Position numbers and translations under genes: made by a program. The notes beneath the pieces were generated by a model, which was not told the origin of the DNA, made no database searches, and was given only the letters and a program-made list of their open reading frames with translations. A DNA stretch of 64,000 nucleotides from Candidatus Zixiibacteriota bacterium (GTDB taxonomy: Bacteria; Zixibacteria; MSB-5A5; GN15; JAAZOE01): positions 1,453-65,452 of the forward strand of contig JBDREQ010000039.1 of assembly GCA_043819555.1 (NCBI GenBank), written 5' to 3'. The stretch's first letter is position 1, and each line of letters begins with the position of its first letter. Below, in pieces: positions 49,730-59,966 of the stretch.

Positions 49730-50455
49730 TTATTTCCAAGATTCTGGACGGGTTAGATATTTCCCATTAGGTAAAGGTACACGATCTGGTAATTGGCTAC
49801 TTTCTAAATGCCACTTTAAAATTTGTTTACAATTGGCTTTCCCGACTAAGAATCGTAATGATCCAGCGGTTTTTCTATTTGGCACCGCTAAAATAATTTT
49901 CTTTTGAGGGTATATCATGTTAATTAGTTTTATTATAGGCTCAAAATCGGTATCTCCAGACATTAATAATGCTGTGTCATATTCATCAGCATTAGCGCCA
50001 TGCAACATTTGAATAGCAATATTAACATCAGTCTTCTTCTCTTCAAATGTATAGCCGATCGTATATCTTCCGTTTATCCAACCTTTGAGAACCTTAAACC
50101 TCTTCTTGCTTGCATTGTCCTCAACAATAAATGTTCTTTCAATAGACTTAAACTTACCAAGTACCGTTTTAACATTTCGTGTATTCAACGCGCGAATGAA
50201 TACTTGATGTCGCTCAATTTTCTCGGGCGCCCACTTAGCTAATGCCGTAAAATAATAAATAGATTTTATTTCAGAATTTTCAGGTAAAAAATATTTCCCC
50301 AAAATTGAATAATCCAACCACTTATATTTATTAAATCCAGGTGTTCTATCTAAGAAATGATATACATTGAAACCATCAATATATACTGAAACTCTATTCG
50401 GAGATAATTTGATCTTTTCATATTTCTTAAGATAGCGTTTGGATATCTTTTCCAT
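49730..50455 (-). CDS. NYN-domain (LabA/DUF88, PIN-like) putative ribonuclease
   Basis: YIDGFNVYH, EEKKTDVNIA, SGDTDF acidic motifs; visibly AT-richer than neighbours; start 50455 or 50461. Confidence 0.88.
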   Translation of the reverse strand: MEKISKRYLKKYEKIKLSPNRVSVYIDGFNVYHFLDRTPGFNKYKWLDYSILGKYFLPENSEIKSIYYFTALAKWAPEKIERHQVFIRALNTRNVKTVLGKFKSIERTFIVEDNASKKRFKVLKGWINGRYTIGYTFEEKKTDVNIAIQMLHGANADEYDTALLMSGDTDFEPIIKLINMIYPQKKIILAVPNRKTAGSLRFLVGKANCKQILKWHLESSQLPDRVPLPNGKYLTRPESWK

Positions 50456-50483
50456 ACGCAATCAAATTCAAAAGACATATAAT

Positions 50484-50549
50484 AAAAAAAGCCCAAGGTC
50501 ATGCCTTGGGCACCAAAGGGCTCGAAGACCCAAAGGATGTATACTTTTC
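50484..50549 (-). ncRNA. Candidate short structured leader/antitoxin RNA upstream of NYN gene
   Basis: Lies between a promoter and the terminator GCCCAAGG-N5-CCTTGGGC-U7; contains two CCTTTGG direct repeats. Confidence 0.5.
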
Positions 50550-50555
50550 ATTATT

Positions 50556-50584
50556 ATTATCGTCACAGATTTAATAATTGTCAA
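50556..50584 (-). promoter_or_regulatory. sigma70 promoter upstream of NYN leader
   Basis: TTGACA (50584-50579), 17-nt spacer, GATAAT (50561-50556). Confidence 0.7.
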
Positions 50585-50728
50585 GTCAATTATTAGACAA
50601 AAATATAGGATGAATTGTTCCCTAAAACTATTTTACCTTAATTATCAATAACTTACAGGCCTGCTCTTACTATTTATAAGATAACATAAATTCGTTTTTA
50701 ACAACAATTTTCAATTGATTTTGAGCCT

Positions 50729-51490
50729 TCATTTCTTAAAATACTCCGCCAGCGTATCGCGTAAATCGGAGCGGTCAATGTTTCGATACAATACACCCTG
50801 GTGAGCCAGTGAAATCTCGCCGGTTTCTTCAGATATTACAACCACAATCGCATCTGATTCTTCCGTTACGCCGATGGCCGCTTTATGGCGCATACCATAT
50901 AGTTTCCTGTACCGTGGATTTTTCGTCAGAGGAAGGGTACAGGCGGCAGCGGAAATATATTCACTCGAAATAATTACGGCTCCATCATGTAGCGGAGTAT
51001 AAGGCGTAAACAAAGTTGTAATGACTTCAGCCGATAATTGAGCGTTCAGTATCTTTCCAGTTTCAATAAAATTCTTCAGGCCGACTGACAGTTCAATAAC
51101 AAGAAGTCCTCCGTATTTCAATTCCGACAGTCGTATCGCCGCCCGGGCGACTTCGTCGATAATCTTCGTACCCTCATATTTAAAAATCATTCGAAATACG
51201 CCACTATGCCCCATCTGAGCCAGCATCCCGCGCAGTTCCGGCTGAAATATAATCACAAGAACGATAATACCAACCGTCGCGAAGCGTGTAAACAGCCACA
51301 TCAAACCTTCGAGACGAAACCAAAAAGCAATAAAAGCCAAAGATAAGACCAAAATCAAGCCTGTAATCATTTGGGCTGACCGAGTGCCCTTCATCAATGT
51401 CAGGAGCTTATAAATGATATAGGCCACGATAAGAATATCGAGTAAATCAATTAATCGAAATTTGATAAAACCAAGTGAAAATAGTTCCAT
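50729..51490 (-). CDS. cdaA: Diadenylate cyclase CdaA
   Basis: Three TMs, IFQPELR, PLHDGAV, GMRHKAA, SEETG. Confidence 0.93.
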   Translation of the reverse strand: MELFSLGFIKFRLIDLLDILIVAYIIYKLLTLMKGTRSAQMITGLILVLSLAFIAFWFRLEGLMWLFTRFATVGIIVLVIIFQPELRGMLAQMGHSGVFRMIFKYEGTKIIDEVARAAIRLSELKYGGLLVIELSVGLKNFIETGKILNAQLSAEVITTLFTPYTPLHDGAVIISSEYISAAACTLPLTKNPRYRKLYGMRHKAAIGVTEESDAIVVVISEETGEISLAHQGVLYRNIDRSDLRDTLAEYFKK

Positions 51491-52345
51491 CTAAACCTCT
51501 CGCATCGCAAACGCCATATCCAGCGCCTGCCGAGTTTGTGGCACGTCATGAGTCCTTATAATATCGGCTCCATTATTGACCGCAATCGCTGCGACGGCAA
51601 GCGAACCGGAAATCCGATTATCCGTATCGGCTCCTGTAATCCTGCCAATAAATGTTTTTCGCGAAGCGCCAACTAACAACGGCAATCCGAATGATTTAAA
51701 ACTTTTTAAGTGTTTAATAAGCTTCAAATTATCTTCCACACGTTTGCCAAATCCAATACCAACGTCAAGAATCAATTTTTCACGCTTAATACCATTAGCG
51801 ACGGCCAGGGCAATCCTCTCAGAAAAATATACGGAGACCTCATCAATAACATCGTCATAATATGGGGCGTCCTGCATCGATTTTGGTATTCCTTTAATAT
51901 GCATCATAATTACAGGGCAATTAAATCGTTTTGCGACTCTGGCCATATCGGTGTCAAAAGCCAAGGCCGATATATCATTAATTATATTTGCCCCCGCTGT
52001 CAACGCTTTTTCCGCGACGGACGCTTTGGTGGTATCGATTGAAATGGGAATTTCGGTAAACTCACGCAGGGATTCAATCACGGGAATGACTCTATTAATT
52101 TCTTCCTCGGCAGAAACAGGCTCCGAACCCGGGCGGCTGGACTCACCACCGATATCAATGATATCGGCACCTTCCTCAATCATGAGCCGGGCATTAGCGA
52201 CGGCTTCGTCGTGGGACGAAAAATTGACAGCAAAGGAATCGGGCGTACAATTGACAATTCCCATTACTGCCGGGCGGATTAAATTTACTTGGTTGTTATC
52301 AGACAGTGCAATGGCCAGTTTTTTGTTCGGCATTAAAACATTCAA
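51491..52345 (-). CDS. folP: Dihydropteroate synthase
   Basis: MGIVNCTPDSF, DIGGESSRPG, GIGFGK, GASRK, IRTHD. Confidence 0.96.
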   Translation of the reverse strand: MNVLMPNKKLAIALSDNNQVNLIRPAVMGIVNCTPDSFAVNFSSHDEAVANARLMIEEGADIIDIGGESSRPGSEPVSAEEEINRVIPVIESLREFTEIPISIDTTKASVAEKALTAGANIINDISALAFDTDMARVAKRFNCPVIMMHIKGIPKSMQDAPYYDDVIDEVSVYFSERIALAVANGIKREKLILDVGIGFGKRVEDNLKLIKHLKSFKSFGLPLLVGASRKTFIGRITGADTDNRISGSLAVAAIAVNNGADIIRTHDVPQTRQALDMAFAMREV

Positions 52346-52368
52346 TATCTATCAAGAATTCTTTATTT

Positions 52369-53001
52369 TTATCCCTTTATAAGCGCAAAAGCTTCGGCTC
52401 GCGTCGCATCCTTGCGCATACATCCTCGGATGGCCGACGTTATCGTCATTGTACCCGGTTTTTTTATTCCGCGCATCGTTAAACACAAATGTTCAGCCTC
52501 AGTAACAACCAAAACCCCTTTGGGATTTATTGTCCTGCGAATGATATTAGCCGCCTTGGACGTCATAACTTCCTGAGTAGTCGGTCGGCGCGCCAGAATC
52601 TCAATAACCCGCGCCAAATGTGAAAACCCGGTGATTTTATTGTCGTTAGGAATATAGGCGACATGAGCTTTCCCAAAAAACGGCAATAAATGATGTTCGC
52701 AAATCGAGTAAAATGGGATATCACGGACAATTACCATTTCATCCCGATTTTCGGCGGTATATAATGAGACTTTTTCGCTGGCTTTAATCCCTAATCCGGA
52801 AAACGCCTCAAGATAAAACTCAGCGACTCGTTCCGGAGTGCGCTGCAATCCCTCTCGATTGATATTTTCCCCGATACCCTCCAGAATCAGCCTTACGCCT
52901 TCGACAATTTTATCTCGATCAATCTGTTTGCGGCGCTTTTTCTGTGGCTTTTTCTGATTTTCCATCGGGGGGATTGATAATATTGTCGATTTCATTCCCA
53001 T
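52369..53001 (-). CDS. folE: GTP cyclohydrolase I
   Basis: [33 protein letters not shown]; true start is probably nearer 52923-52965. Confidence 0.93.
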   Translation of the reverse strand: MGMKSTILSIPPMENQKKPQKKRRKQIDRDKIVEGVRLILEGIGENINREGLQRTPERVAEFYLEAFSGLGIKASEKVSLYTAENRDEMVIVRDIPFYSICEHHLLPFFGKAHVAYIPNDNKITGFSHLARVIEILARRPTTQEVMTSKAANIIRRTINPKGVLVVTEAEHLCLTMRGIKKPGTMTITSAIRGCMRKDATRAEAFALIKG

Positions 53002-54886
53002 CGATTATTTCTTTTTCCAGTAATGCTTCGGCAAGCCTGTGAAGCTTTTCAACATTATCGCTCAATAATCTCGTCGCTGTCTCTTCGGCTTCCTCAACAA
53101 ATCGTTTGATCTCGCTATCAATCAGCTGAGCCGTCGCCTCAGAGAAATCTCTTTGGTTCTGAATTTCCCGTCCCAGGAAGATATGCTCCTTTTGGGAACC
53201 GAAATCCACCGGGCCAAGCTTTTCGGACATACCCCAATTGCAGACCATTTTCCTTGCCAATACGGTTGCTTGCTGTATGTCCATTCCGGCGCCGGTATTG
53301 TATTCCTCAAAAATTAATTTTTCCGCCACGCGGCCGCCCATGGAATAAACCAGGCGGGTTTCCATATACCTTTTGTTATAGGTATGCTTATCATCGATTG
53401 GTAAATAATGTGTAACACCGAGAGCCCGGCCTCTGGGAATTATAGTGACCTTGTGCACCGGATCGGCCCCGGGAAGAAGCTTTGCGAGTATAGCATGACC
53501 CGCTTCGTGATAAGCAGTCGTTTTCTTTTCCGCGTCGGTAATCACCATTGATTTGCGCTCGGCGCCCATCATGACTTTATCTTTGGCGTTTTCAAAATCA
53601 GACATTTCGACTGAATCTTTGTCTTTACGCGCCGCCAAAAGAGCCGCTTCGTTTACCAGATTCGCAATATCGGCTCCCGACAGGCCGGGCGTTCCTCGGG
53701 CAAGAACTTTCAAATCTACGTCATTTTTCAGTTTTACTTTACGGGTATGGACCTTAAAGATTCCCTCCCGTCCCCTGACATCCGGTATATCAACCACAAT
53801 CTGGCGATCAAAACGGCCGGGACGCAAAAGAGCAGGATCCAAAACATCAGGTCGGTTGGTCGCGGCAATCAGGATTACGCCTTCGTTTGATTCAAAACCA
53901 TCCATCTCGACCAGAAGCTGATTCAGAGTCTGTTCCCGCTCGTCATGCCCGCCGCCCAATCCGGCCCCGCGATGGCGTCCAACAGCATCAATCTCATCAA
54001 TAAATATTATGCACGGAGCGTTTTTCTTACCCTGTTCGAATAAATCGCGAACGCGAGAAGCTCCGACACCGACAAACATCTCCACAAAATCTGAACCTGA
54101 CATCGAGAAAAAAGGTACGCCGGCTTCCCCTGCGATTGCCCGCGCCAGAAGAGTTTTTCCTGTTCCCGGGGCGCCTAATAGAAGAGCGCCTTTGGGGATT
54201 TTGCCGCCAAGCTTTTGAAATTTGCCTGGGTCTTTCAGAAAATCTATAATTTCTGATAATTCTTCCTTGGCTTCTTCGGCTCCCGCAACATCGGCAAAAG
54301 TGACTTTGGGCCGTTCATCAGTCAATAGTTTGGCACGGCTCTTACCGAAGGAAAATATCCCCCGCGGACCGCCTCCGCCCCCGCCCTGCATCTGACGAAT
54401 CATGAATAACCAGAAAAATATTAAAAGCAGCCATGGTGCTGTTGAGATTAGTATTGTCCCCCAGCTAAAACCCTCTTCACTGGCTTTGATTGCGATTCCC
54501 GCTTCTGACAGCTTTTCGACAAGTTTGGGATCTTCAAAAGGAATACGAAGGGCAAATTTCCGAAAACGTCCGCCTCCTGCCGATGTCGCGACCGTCATCT
54601 CTTCGGTAAAGCGTCCGGATAGTTTGCGATTAGTAAACTCGACCGAAGCAATATTACCCTGATCCAAATATCTCAAAAACTCTGAATAAGAAATCTGAGC
54701 GATGTCGGTATCGGCATCGCCAAAAAGACTGTAAATGACAAGGGCCGACAGAATCAACATTATCCAAAAAAAGGTCGTCCGACCGGCCCCTTTCCAGGAA
54801 GAGCCCTCTTTCTTATTATCAACTGGAGGTTTTTTGCCTCCCCCATGGGGCGGATTGGATTTATTTAAATTATCGTCAAACTTCAT
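52919..54886 (-). CDS. ftsH: ATP-dependent zinc metalloprotease FtsH
   Basis: Two TMs, [28 protein letters not shown]. Confidence 0.98.
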   Translation of the reverse strand: MKFDDNLNKSNPPHGGGKKPPVDNKKEGSSWKGAGRTTFFWIMLILSALVIYSLFGDADTDIAQISYSEFLRYLDQGNIASVEFTNRKLSGRFTEEMTVATSAGGGRFRKFALRIPFEDPKLVEKLSEAGIAIKASEEGFSWGTILISTAPWLLLIFFWLFMIRQMQGGGGGGPRGIFSFGKSRAKLLTDERPKVTFADVAGAEEAKEELSEIIDFLKDPGKFQKLGGKIPKGALLLGAPGTGKTLLARAIAGEAGVPFFSMSGSDFVEMFVGVGASRVRDLFEQGKKNAPCIIFIDEIDAVGRHRGAGLGGGHDEREQTLNQLLVEMDGFESNEGVILIAATNRPDVLDPALLRPGRFDRQIVVDIPDVRGREGIFKVHTRKVKLKNDVDLKVLARGTPGLSGADIANLVNEAALLAARKDKDSVEMSDFENAKDKVMMGAERKSMVITDAEKKTTAYHEAGHAILAKLLPGADPVHKVTIIPRGRALGVTHYLPIDDKHTYNKRYMETRLVYSMGGRVAEKLIFEEYNTGAGMDIQQATVLARKMVCNWGMSEKLGPVDFGSQKEHIFLGREIQNQRDFSEATAQLIDSEIKRFVEEAEETATRLLSDNVEKLHRLAEALLEKEIIDGNEIDNIINPPDGKSEKATEKAPQTD

Positions 54887-54904
54887 TAAGATTTTTCTCC
54901 GTGA

Positions 54905-55456
54905 CTATTTCCCAAAATCGACTACCTTACCAATAAATGGTAAATTTCGATATAATTGATTGTGATCGAGTCCGTATCCAATTACGAAATCCTTCTCAAT
55001 CGTAAAACCGGAATATTTTATATTAATATCCAGTTCGCGGCGTCCGGTTTTATTTAATAGTGTAACGATTTCCACACTGGCAGGTTCCAAACTATTTATC
55101 GACTTCAGGATCGAAACCGCTGTTCGGCCAGTATCAACGACACCTTCCACCATCAGGATATGTCGGCCAGCAAGTGACACCTGAGGCCCGCCGGATAAAG
55201 TCAGTTCTCCGGGCATATCGCCCGATCCGTAACTGTGAGCGGAAATAAACTCAACTTCTGAAGGAACGGAAATAGCCCTTACAAGATCAGCGATGAATAT
55301 AAAACAACCTTTCAAGACGCCAAGAATAATCGGGTTTTTGTTCTCATAATCTTCAGATATTTTCTTTCCCAGATCGCCAATCACGCGTGTAATTTCATTT
55401 TGAGGGAAAAGAAGCTCAAATGGCTTCGCTTTTAATTTAACGCCTTCCGATTTCAA
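54905..55456 (-). CDS. hpt: Hypoxanthine phosphoribosyltransferase
   Basis: GVLKG, ILMVEGVVDTGRT, FVIGYGLD...YRNLPFIG; tilS-hpt-ftsH synteny. Confidence 0.9.
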   Translation of the reverse strand: MKSEGVKLKAKPFELLFPQNEITRVIGDLGKKISEDYENKNPIILGVLKGCFIFIADLVRAISVPSEVEFISAHSYGSGDMPGELTLSGGPQVSLAGRHILMVEGVVDTGRTAVSILKSINSLEPASVEIVTLLNKTGRRELDINIKYSGFTIEKDFVIGYGLDHNQLYRNLPFIGKVVDFGK

Positions 55457-56858
55457 TTTTCAAAATTTTCCTTGTTTGTTTAGTTATCGCAAACCTTTGG
55501 TCAATTTCTATCCCTGCCAGCCACACTACCCCCTCATTATCATATAAAACCGGCAACTCATCACGTAAAGGACGAGAGTATTTTATATCCGTCAAAAAAT
55601 CCCGCGCCTTTTTTCTCCCAGGCCGTCCGTAAGGATGAAATCTGAGACCCCGTTTCAATCCCTCAATATTGAGGGGTAATCTAATGTTCTCCGCATCAAT
55701 ACAAGCCACTGACTTATCGCTCTGGTATCTCTCTATATCCTCACCCTCGCCTGTATATTCAAATTTAATCCATATCCCGGGATAATCCAAATCATATCTG
55801 CCCGGAATATCAATATTAAGGCTCTTTATCTCCCGTTCCGGCCCAAAAATAAAAAATTTTTCATTCAAATAATCAGCATACAGCTCAGCGCTGATTTGAA
55901 TCTTCCCGCTTTTACCGGTTTTAATTTTTTTGATCAGCCTTTCAACAAGGGCATAATCAATTTCTTCAATGCCGCAATGTTTCAATAAATGCACGACCAA
56001 ACGACGTTGAAGCCATACATCATAGTCTAATTTATTTTTCAAATCAAGAGTATTCTTCCCACCCGGCGTAACAGCGTGAAGTTTTCCAAATAATTTCGAA
56101 GTATATTTGTCGAGGAACCTTTCCTCTTCCCGCAGAATTTCCGAAAAGCGAATTATATTATCCCCGGCCGAAGAGGAAATATCTTTTTCGATTAATTTCA
56201 TCAGCCGATTACGTATCCGATTACGAGTGTAACGCGAACTGGCATTGGATCTATCAATCAAAAAACCAATCTTTTTGCTATCCAGGTATTCTATTATTTC
56301 CTCGCGGCTAACATCATAGAGAGGCCGAATAATATTATCCCGAAAAGATTGGAAACCGATCATCCCGTTACGGCTTGTCCCCCGTGCCAGATTAAATAGA
56401 ATTGTCTCGACTCTATCATCTCGATGATGCCCGGTCGCGATTTTATTATATCCATTCTCTTTTGCTATTTGCTGTAAGGCCTGATAACGATACTTCCGCC
56501 CCGTTTCTTCAGTAGCGGTTTTTTCCTGAAGCGACAGTTTGGGAATATTGATTTCGTCTTGAAAGAACGGCGCCTCTAACTTATGGCAAATCTGGCTGCA
56601 AAAAAAAATCTCCTTTTTGGCCGCACGCGGTCGAATTTTATGATTAATATATGCCGCGGCAAGAGAGATTTTGCATTGTTCTTTCAAACTGTAAAGAATA
56701 TTCAATAATGCGACTGAATCCGGCCCTCCTGATAAAGCCACCAAAATCCTGTCACCGGGAGCAATAAGGGAAAATCTATCTATTGTATCTTTGATTTTTC
56801 CGAGTGTTTCCAATATAAATACTGCCCTTTCAAGCCTCAGCCTATAGAATATAACCAT
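55437..56858 (-). CDS. tilS: tRNA(Ile)-lysidine synthetase
   Basis: ALSGGPDS, NHKIR, TGHHRDD, IRPL, RNRIR; start uncertain. Confidence 0.95.
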   Translation of the reverse strand: MVIFYRLRLERAVFILETLGKIKDTIDRFSLIAPGDRILVALSGGPDSVALLNILYSLKEQCKISLAAAYINHKIRPRAAKKEIFFCSQICHKLEAPFFQDEINIPKLSLQEKTATEETGRKYRYQALQQIAKENGYNKIATGHHRDDRVETILFNLARGTSRNGMIGFQSFRDNIIRPLYDVSREEIIEYLDSKKIGFLIDRSNASSRYTRNRIRNRLMKLIEKDISSSAGDNIIRFSEILREEERFLDKYTSKLFGKLHAVTPGGKNTLDLKNKLDYDVWLQRRLVVHLLKHCGIEEIDYALVERLIKKIKTGKSGKIQISAELYADYLNEKFFIFGPEREIKSLNIDIPGRYDLDYPGIWIKFEYTGEGEDIERYQSDKSVACIDAENIRLPLNIEGLKRGLRFHPYGRPGRKKARDFLTDIKYSRPLRDELPVLYDNEGVVWLAGIEIDQRFAITKQTRKILKIEIGRR

Positions 56859-57050
56859 TCAAACGCTCAATTGAAGAAATATTTTGACAATTATTTTGCG
56901 AACCCGGAACTCACCAGTGATAACATCGTTTTTATCTTTAGAATATCAAAAACTAATGAGGCGTTTTTTATTTTGCAATTATTGGGCGGGGATTTAAATA
57001 GACTGCCCTTGACAAGATTGGCCTTTTATATATTTTAGCGCGAGGCAGAT

Positions 57051-58091
57051 ATGAGTGACAATAAAACAAATTTCAAAATAAACGGACAGGTCAGAATGTC
57101 GGTCTCCGGAGTAAAATCAAGAAAAGTAAACAATCTCCTTGAAGCGGTCGGCAACACCCCTTTGGTCAAACTCAATCGACTCACCGTGGGATTGAAAACA
57201 ACGATTTATGTCAAACCTGAATTTATGAATCCCGGCGGTTCTATCAAAGACCGCATGGCTGTTTACATCTTAAATAAAGCCTTGACCGAAGGCAAAATCG
57301 GCCCCAGGACTACAATTGTGGAAGCTACCTCCGGCAATACCGGAGTCGCTGTGGCCATGTTCGGAGCGGTGCATGATTATCGGGTCATCCTCACTATTCC
57401 CGATAAAATGTCTGACGAAAAAGTCAATACCTTGCGCTCTTACGGGGCCGAGGTTCATGTCTGTCCCACTGCCGTTCCGGCCGATTCGCCGGAATCGTAT
57501 TACAGCTCCGCTGTCAGGCTGGCCGAGGAAACCGGCGATTATTTTTTATTGAATCAATACGAAAACCTGACCAATCCGGAGGCTCATTATCATCTGACCG
57601 CGCCGGAAATCTGGGAACAGACCGGAGGCGATATTGATATTCTCGTCGGCGGTGTCGGAACCGGCGGCACAATGTCGGGATGTTCAAAATATTTGAAAGA
57701 AAAAAATCCCAAACTGATTTCAGTAGCAATTGACCCGATCGGATCGGTCTTTGCCGATTATGCCGCAACCAAAAAATTAATTGAACCTCATCCCTATTTT
57801 GTCGAAGGAATCGGGGAAGATAAAAACTGCCCGACGCTGCAATACGAATATATCGATCATTTTATCAAAGTATCTGATAAAGACAGCTTTCTCACTGCAC
57901 GCGAATTAACCGCCAAAGAAGGAATTCTTGCCGGTGGTTCTTCGGGGTCGGCAGTCTGGGGCGCCCTCAAATATGCTCGAGAACATGACGCCAAACAGAC
58001 TATGGTCGTCATCCTGCCCGATTCGGGGATTAAATATCTGTCTCGCGTTTTCAACGACGACTGGATGCGCCAACACGGCTTTTTAGATTGA
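57051..58091 (+). CDS. PLP-dependent cysteine synthase / cystathionine beta-synthase family protein
   Basis: VGNTPLV, NPGGSIKDR, EATSGNTG, GTGGT, EGIG, LPDSG..YLS. Confidence 0.92.
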   Translation: MSDNKTNFKINGQVRMSVSGVKSRKVNNLLEAVGNTPLVKLNRLTVGLKTTIYVKPEFMNPGGSIKDRMAVYILNKALTEGKIGPRTTIVEATSGNTGVAVAMFGAVHDYRVILTIPDKMSDEKVNTLRSYGAEVHVCPTAVPADSPESYYSSAVRLAEETGDYFLLNQYENLTNPEAHYHLTAPEIWEQTGGDIDILVGGVGTGGTMSGCSKYLKEKNPKLISVAIDPIGSVFADYAATKKLIEPHPYFVEGIGEDKNCPTLQYEYIDHFIKVSDKDSFLTARELTAKEGILAGGSSGSAVWGALKYAREHDAKQTMVVILPDSGIKYLSRVFNDDWMRQHGFLD

Positions 58092-58150
58092 AATCTTTAT
58101 AAATTTGTATGGATGGTGCCCAACGGGCTCCAGCCAAATTAATATTTCTG

Positions 58151-58228
58151 TGTCATTCCCGAGAGCGAAGCGAGTCGGGAATCCAGAAATGCGTCAGTTA
58201 TTTTCTGCCCGCGCGCGCGGGTATGACA
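58151..58228. repeat. REP-like palindromic element (GTCATTCCCG...CGGGAATCC class)
   Basis: TGTCATTCCCGA...TCGGGAATCCAG at the left end and CCCGCGCGCGCGGGTATGACA at the right end; terminal inverted repeat TGTCAT/ATGACA. Confidence 0.65.
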
Positions 58229-58345
58229 TCGTATAGAAATTTGATTTAAGAATCACCACCGATTTGTCAGGGTTGTCATTCCGTCAGTTCCTGCCCTGAC
58301 AAAGGAGGAGTGTGAACTGACGGATAAAACCAATTCATCTTTCGT

Positions 58346-58372
58346 TTGACTCAAAGACGTTTTTGTTATAAT
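58346..58372 (+). promoter_or_regulatory. sigma70 promoter (extended -10) for MFS transporter
   Basis: TTGACT ... TG-T-TATAAT; the spacer is only 15 nt. Confidence 0.55.
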
Positions 58373-58414
58373 TTGGGGCAATTATTTATCTAATCACATC
58401 GAAGGGAGTTGTGC

Positions 58415-59893
58415 ATGTCCCAGACAACGATGACACAGCCGGCGCAAAAGACAGGTATGTTTGAGCAGTTGGCCGGATTTGGCCTGCCGTTCTGGATGGT
58501 CAATGTTATGGAAATGTTCGAACGTCTCGCCTACTATGGCGTGCGGGTCGTTATCCCCATCTATATCGCTCAGGCAGATCAAATCGGGGGCTTACATTTT
58601 TCGCAGTCTGATAAAGGCTGGATATTTTTCTGGTGGGCTCTGGTGCAATCATTGGTACCTGTTTTCTCAGGCGGGTTTGCCGACCGTTACGGCTACAAAA
58701 AGTCAATAGCTGTCTCCATCGTGATAAAAATAATCGGATATTTAATGATGGCAACGATGACTTCTTATTATCCATTCCTATTCGGATGCTGTGTTCTCGC
58801 AGCCGGCACAGCGATATTCAAACCGGGCGTGCAGGGCACAATGGCTCGATGCCTGAATAAAGACAATTCTTCAGTCGGCTGGGGCACGTTTTATATGCTG
58901 GTCAATATTGGGGGATTTTTGGGACCGCCTCTGGCCCATTTTCTCTATGGCATCTCATGGCCTACCGTATTTTACGGATGTGCTGTAATCGTCTCGCTCA
59001 ATTTCCTGATGCTTCTTACTTACAAAGAAGTCTCAGCAGGCGGTGAACAAACCGGAAGCGTCATGAAAGTCATCAAGATTACTCTTAACAATATCATTAA
59101 ACCCCGTCTGGCCGCGTTCGTCCTGATTATGTCCGGCTTTTGGCTGATGTTCATGCAATTGTTTGATATGCTCCCCAATTTTATAGTTGACTGGGTTGAT
59201 ACTACCAGAATCTCAGCGTTGCTCGGCAATCCATCCTGGATGACGGTCGAAACACCACGTGGGACGATGATTACCCAGGAGTGGCTGATTAATTCAAACG
59301 GAGGATTGATTATAATTGCAGTCGTTCTCCTGTCGTGGATGGTCTCTAAGATGAGGCGAATTCATTCCATATTTTTGGGTATTGTAATCGCTTCAATTGG
59401 ATTAATTCTCGCCGGATATTCGATGTCCGGGTACTTTTGCATCATTGGCATTCTGGTCTTTACCGTCGGTGAAATGCTGGCGTCGCCCAAAATGCAGGAT
59501 TATCTCGGAATTATTGCGCCCGAAGGCGAGAAAGCGTTGTACATGGGATATTCCAATATTCCCCTCGCGATAGGCTGGGCCCTCGGCAGCCTTATGGGAG
59601 GTAAAATATATGGAGCCATGGGAGACAAGGCCAATCTTGCTATTAAATATCTTACGGAACAGGGATATTTCGCCGAACCGCTAACCGGTCAGGCTTTCCT
59701 CGATTTCAGACCCGAGGCGATGCTAAAACTCCAGGAGCATCTCGGCATTGATGCCATCGAAGCAACCAATCTCCTTTGGAAAACTTATGACCCATACTGG
59801 CTGTGGACGCCTTTTGCCGCAATCGGAATTATTTCTGCAATTGGAATTTTCTTCTATGCTCGCTGGGTTAAAGACGTTGAGAAAGGCGTATAA
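58415..59893 (+). CDS. MFS transporter, POT/oligopeptide:H+ symporter-like
   Basis: EMFERLAYYG (ExxER), GGFADRYG, FYMLVNIGG; about 12 TMs. Confidence 0.85.
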   Translation: MSQTTMTQPAQKTGMFEQLAGFGLPFWMVNVMEMFERLAYYGVRVVIPIYIAQADQIGGLHFSQSDKGWIFFWWALVQSLVPVFSGGFADRYGYKKSIAVSIVIKIIGYLMMATMTSYYPFLFGCCVLAAGTAIFKPGVQGTMARCLNKDNSSVGWGTFYMLVNIGGFLGPPLAHFLYGISWPTVFYGCAVIVSLNFLMLLTYKEVSAGGEQTGSVMKVIKITLNNIIKPRLAAFVLIMSGFWLMFMQLFDMLPNFIVDWVDTTRISALLGNPSWMTVETPRGTMITQEWLINSNGGLIIIAVVLLSWMVSKMRRIHSIFLGIVIASIGLILAGYSMSGYFCIIGILVFTVGEMLASPKMQDYLGIIAPEGEKALYMGYSNIPLAIGWALGSLMGGKIYGAMGDKANLAIKYLTEQGYFAEPLTGQAFLDFRPEAMLKLQEHLGIDAIEATNLLWKTYDPYWLWTPFAAIGIISAIGIFFYARWVKDVEKGV

Positions 59894-59915
59894 ATACGCA
59901 AACTGCTGGAAAATC

Positions 59916-59944
59916 AGAAGGGGTCGTTTCCGACCCCTTCTTTC
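59916..59944. terminator. Terminator between convergent genes
   Basis: AGAAGGGGTCG-TTTC-CGACCCCTTCT-TT. Confidence 0.75.
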
Positions 59945-59966
59945 CTAGCCCCCTCCGGTGACAGTG

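Noticed and set aside
50729..55456. Motif variants in CdaA (RHK for RHR) and Hpt (EG for ED)
   Set aside because: Single substitutions in otherwise intact, syntenic genes; not enough to claim altered function
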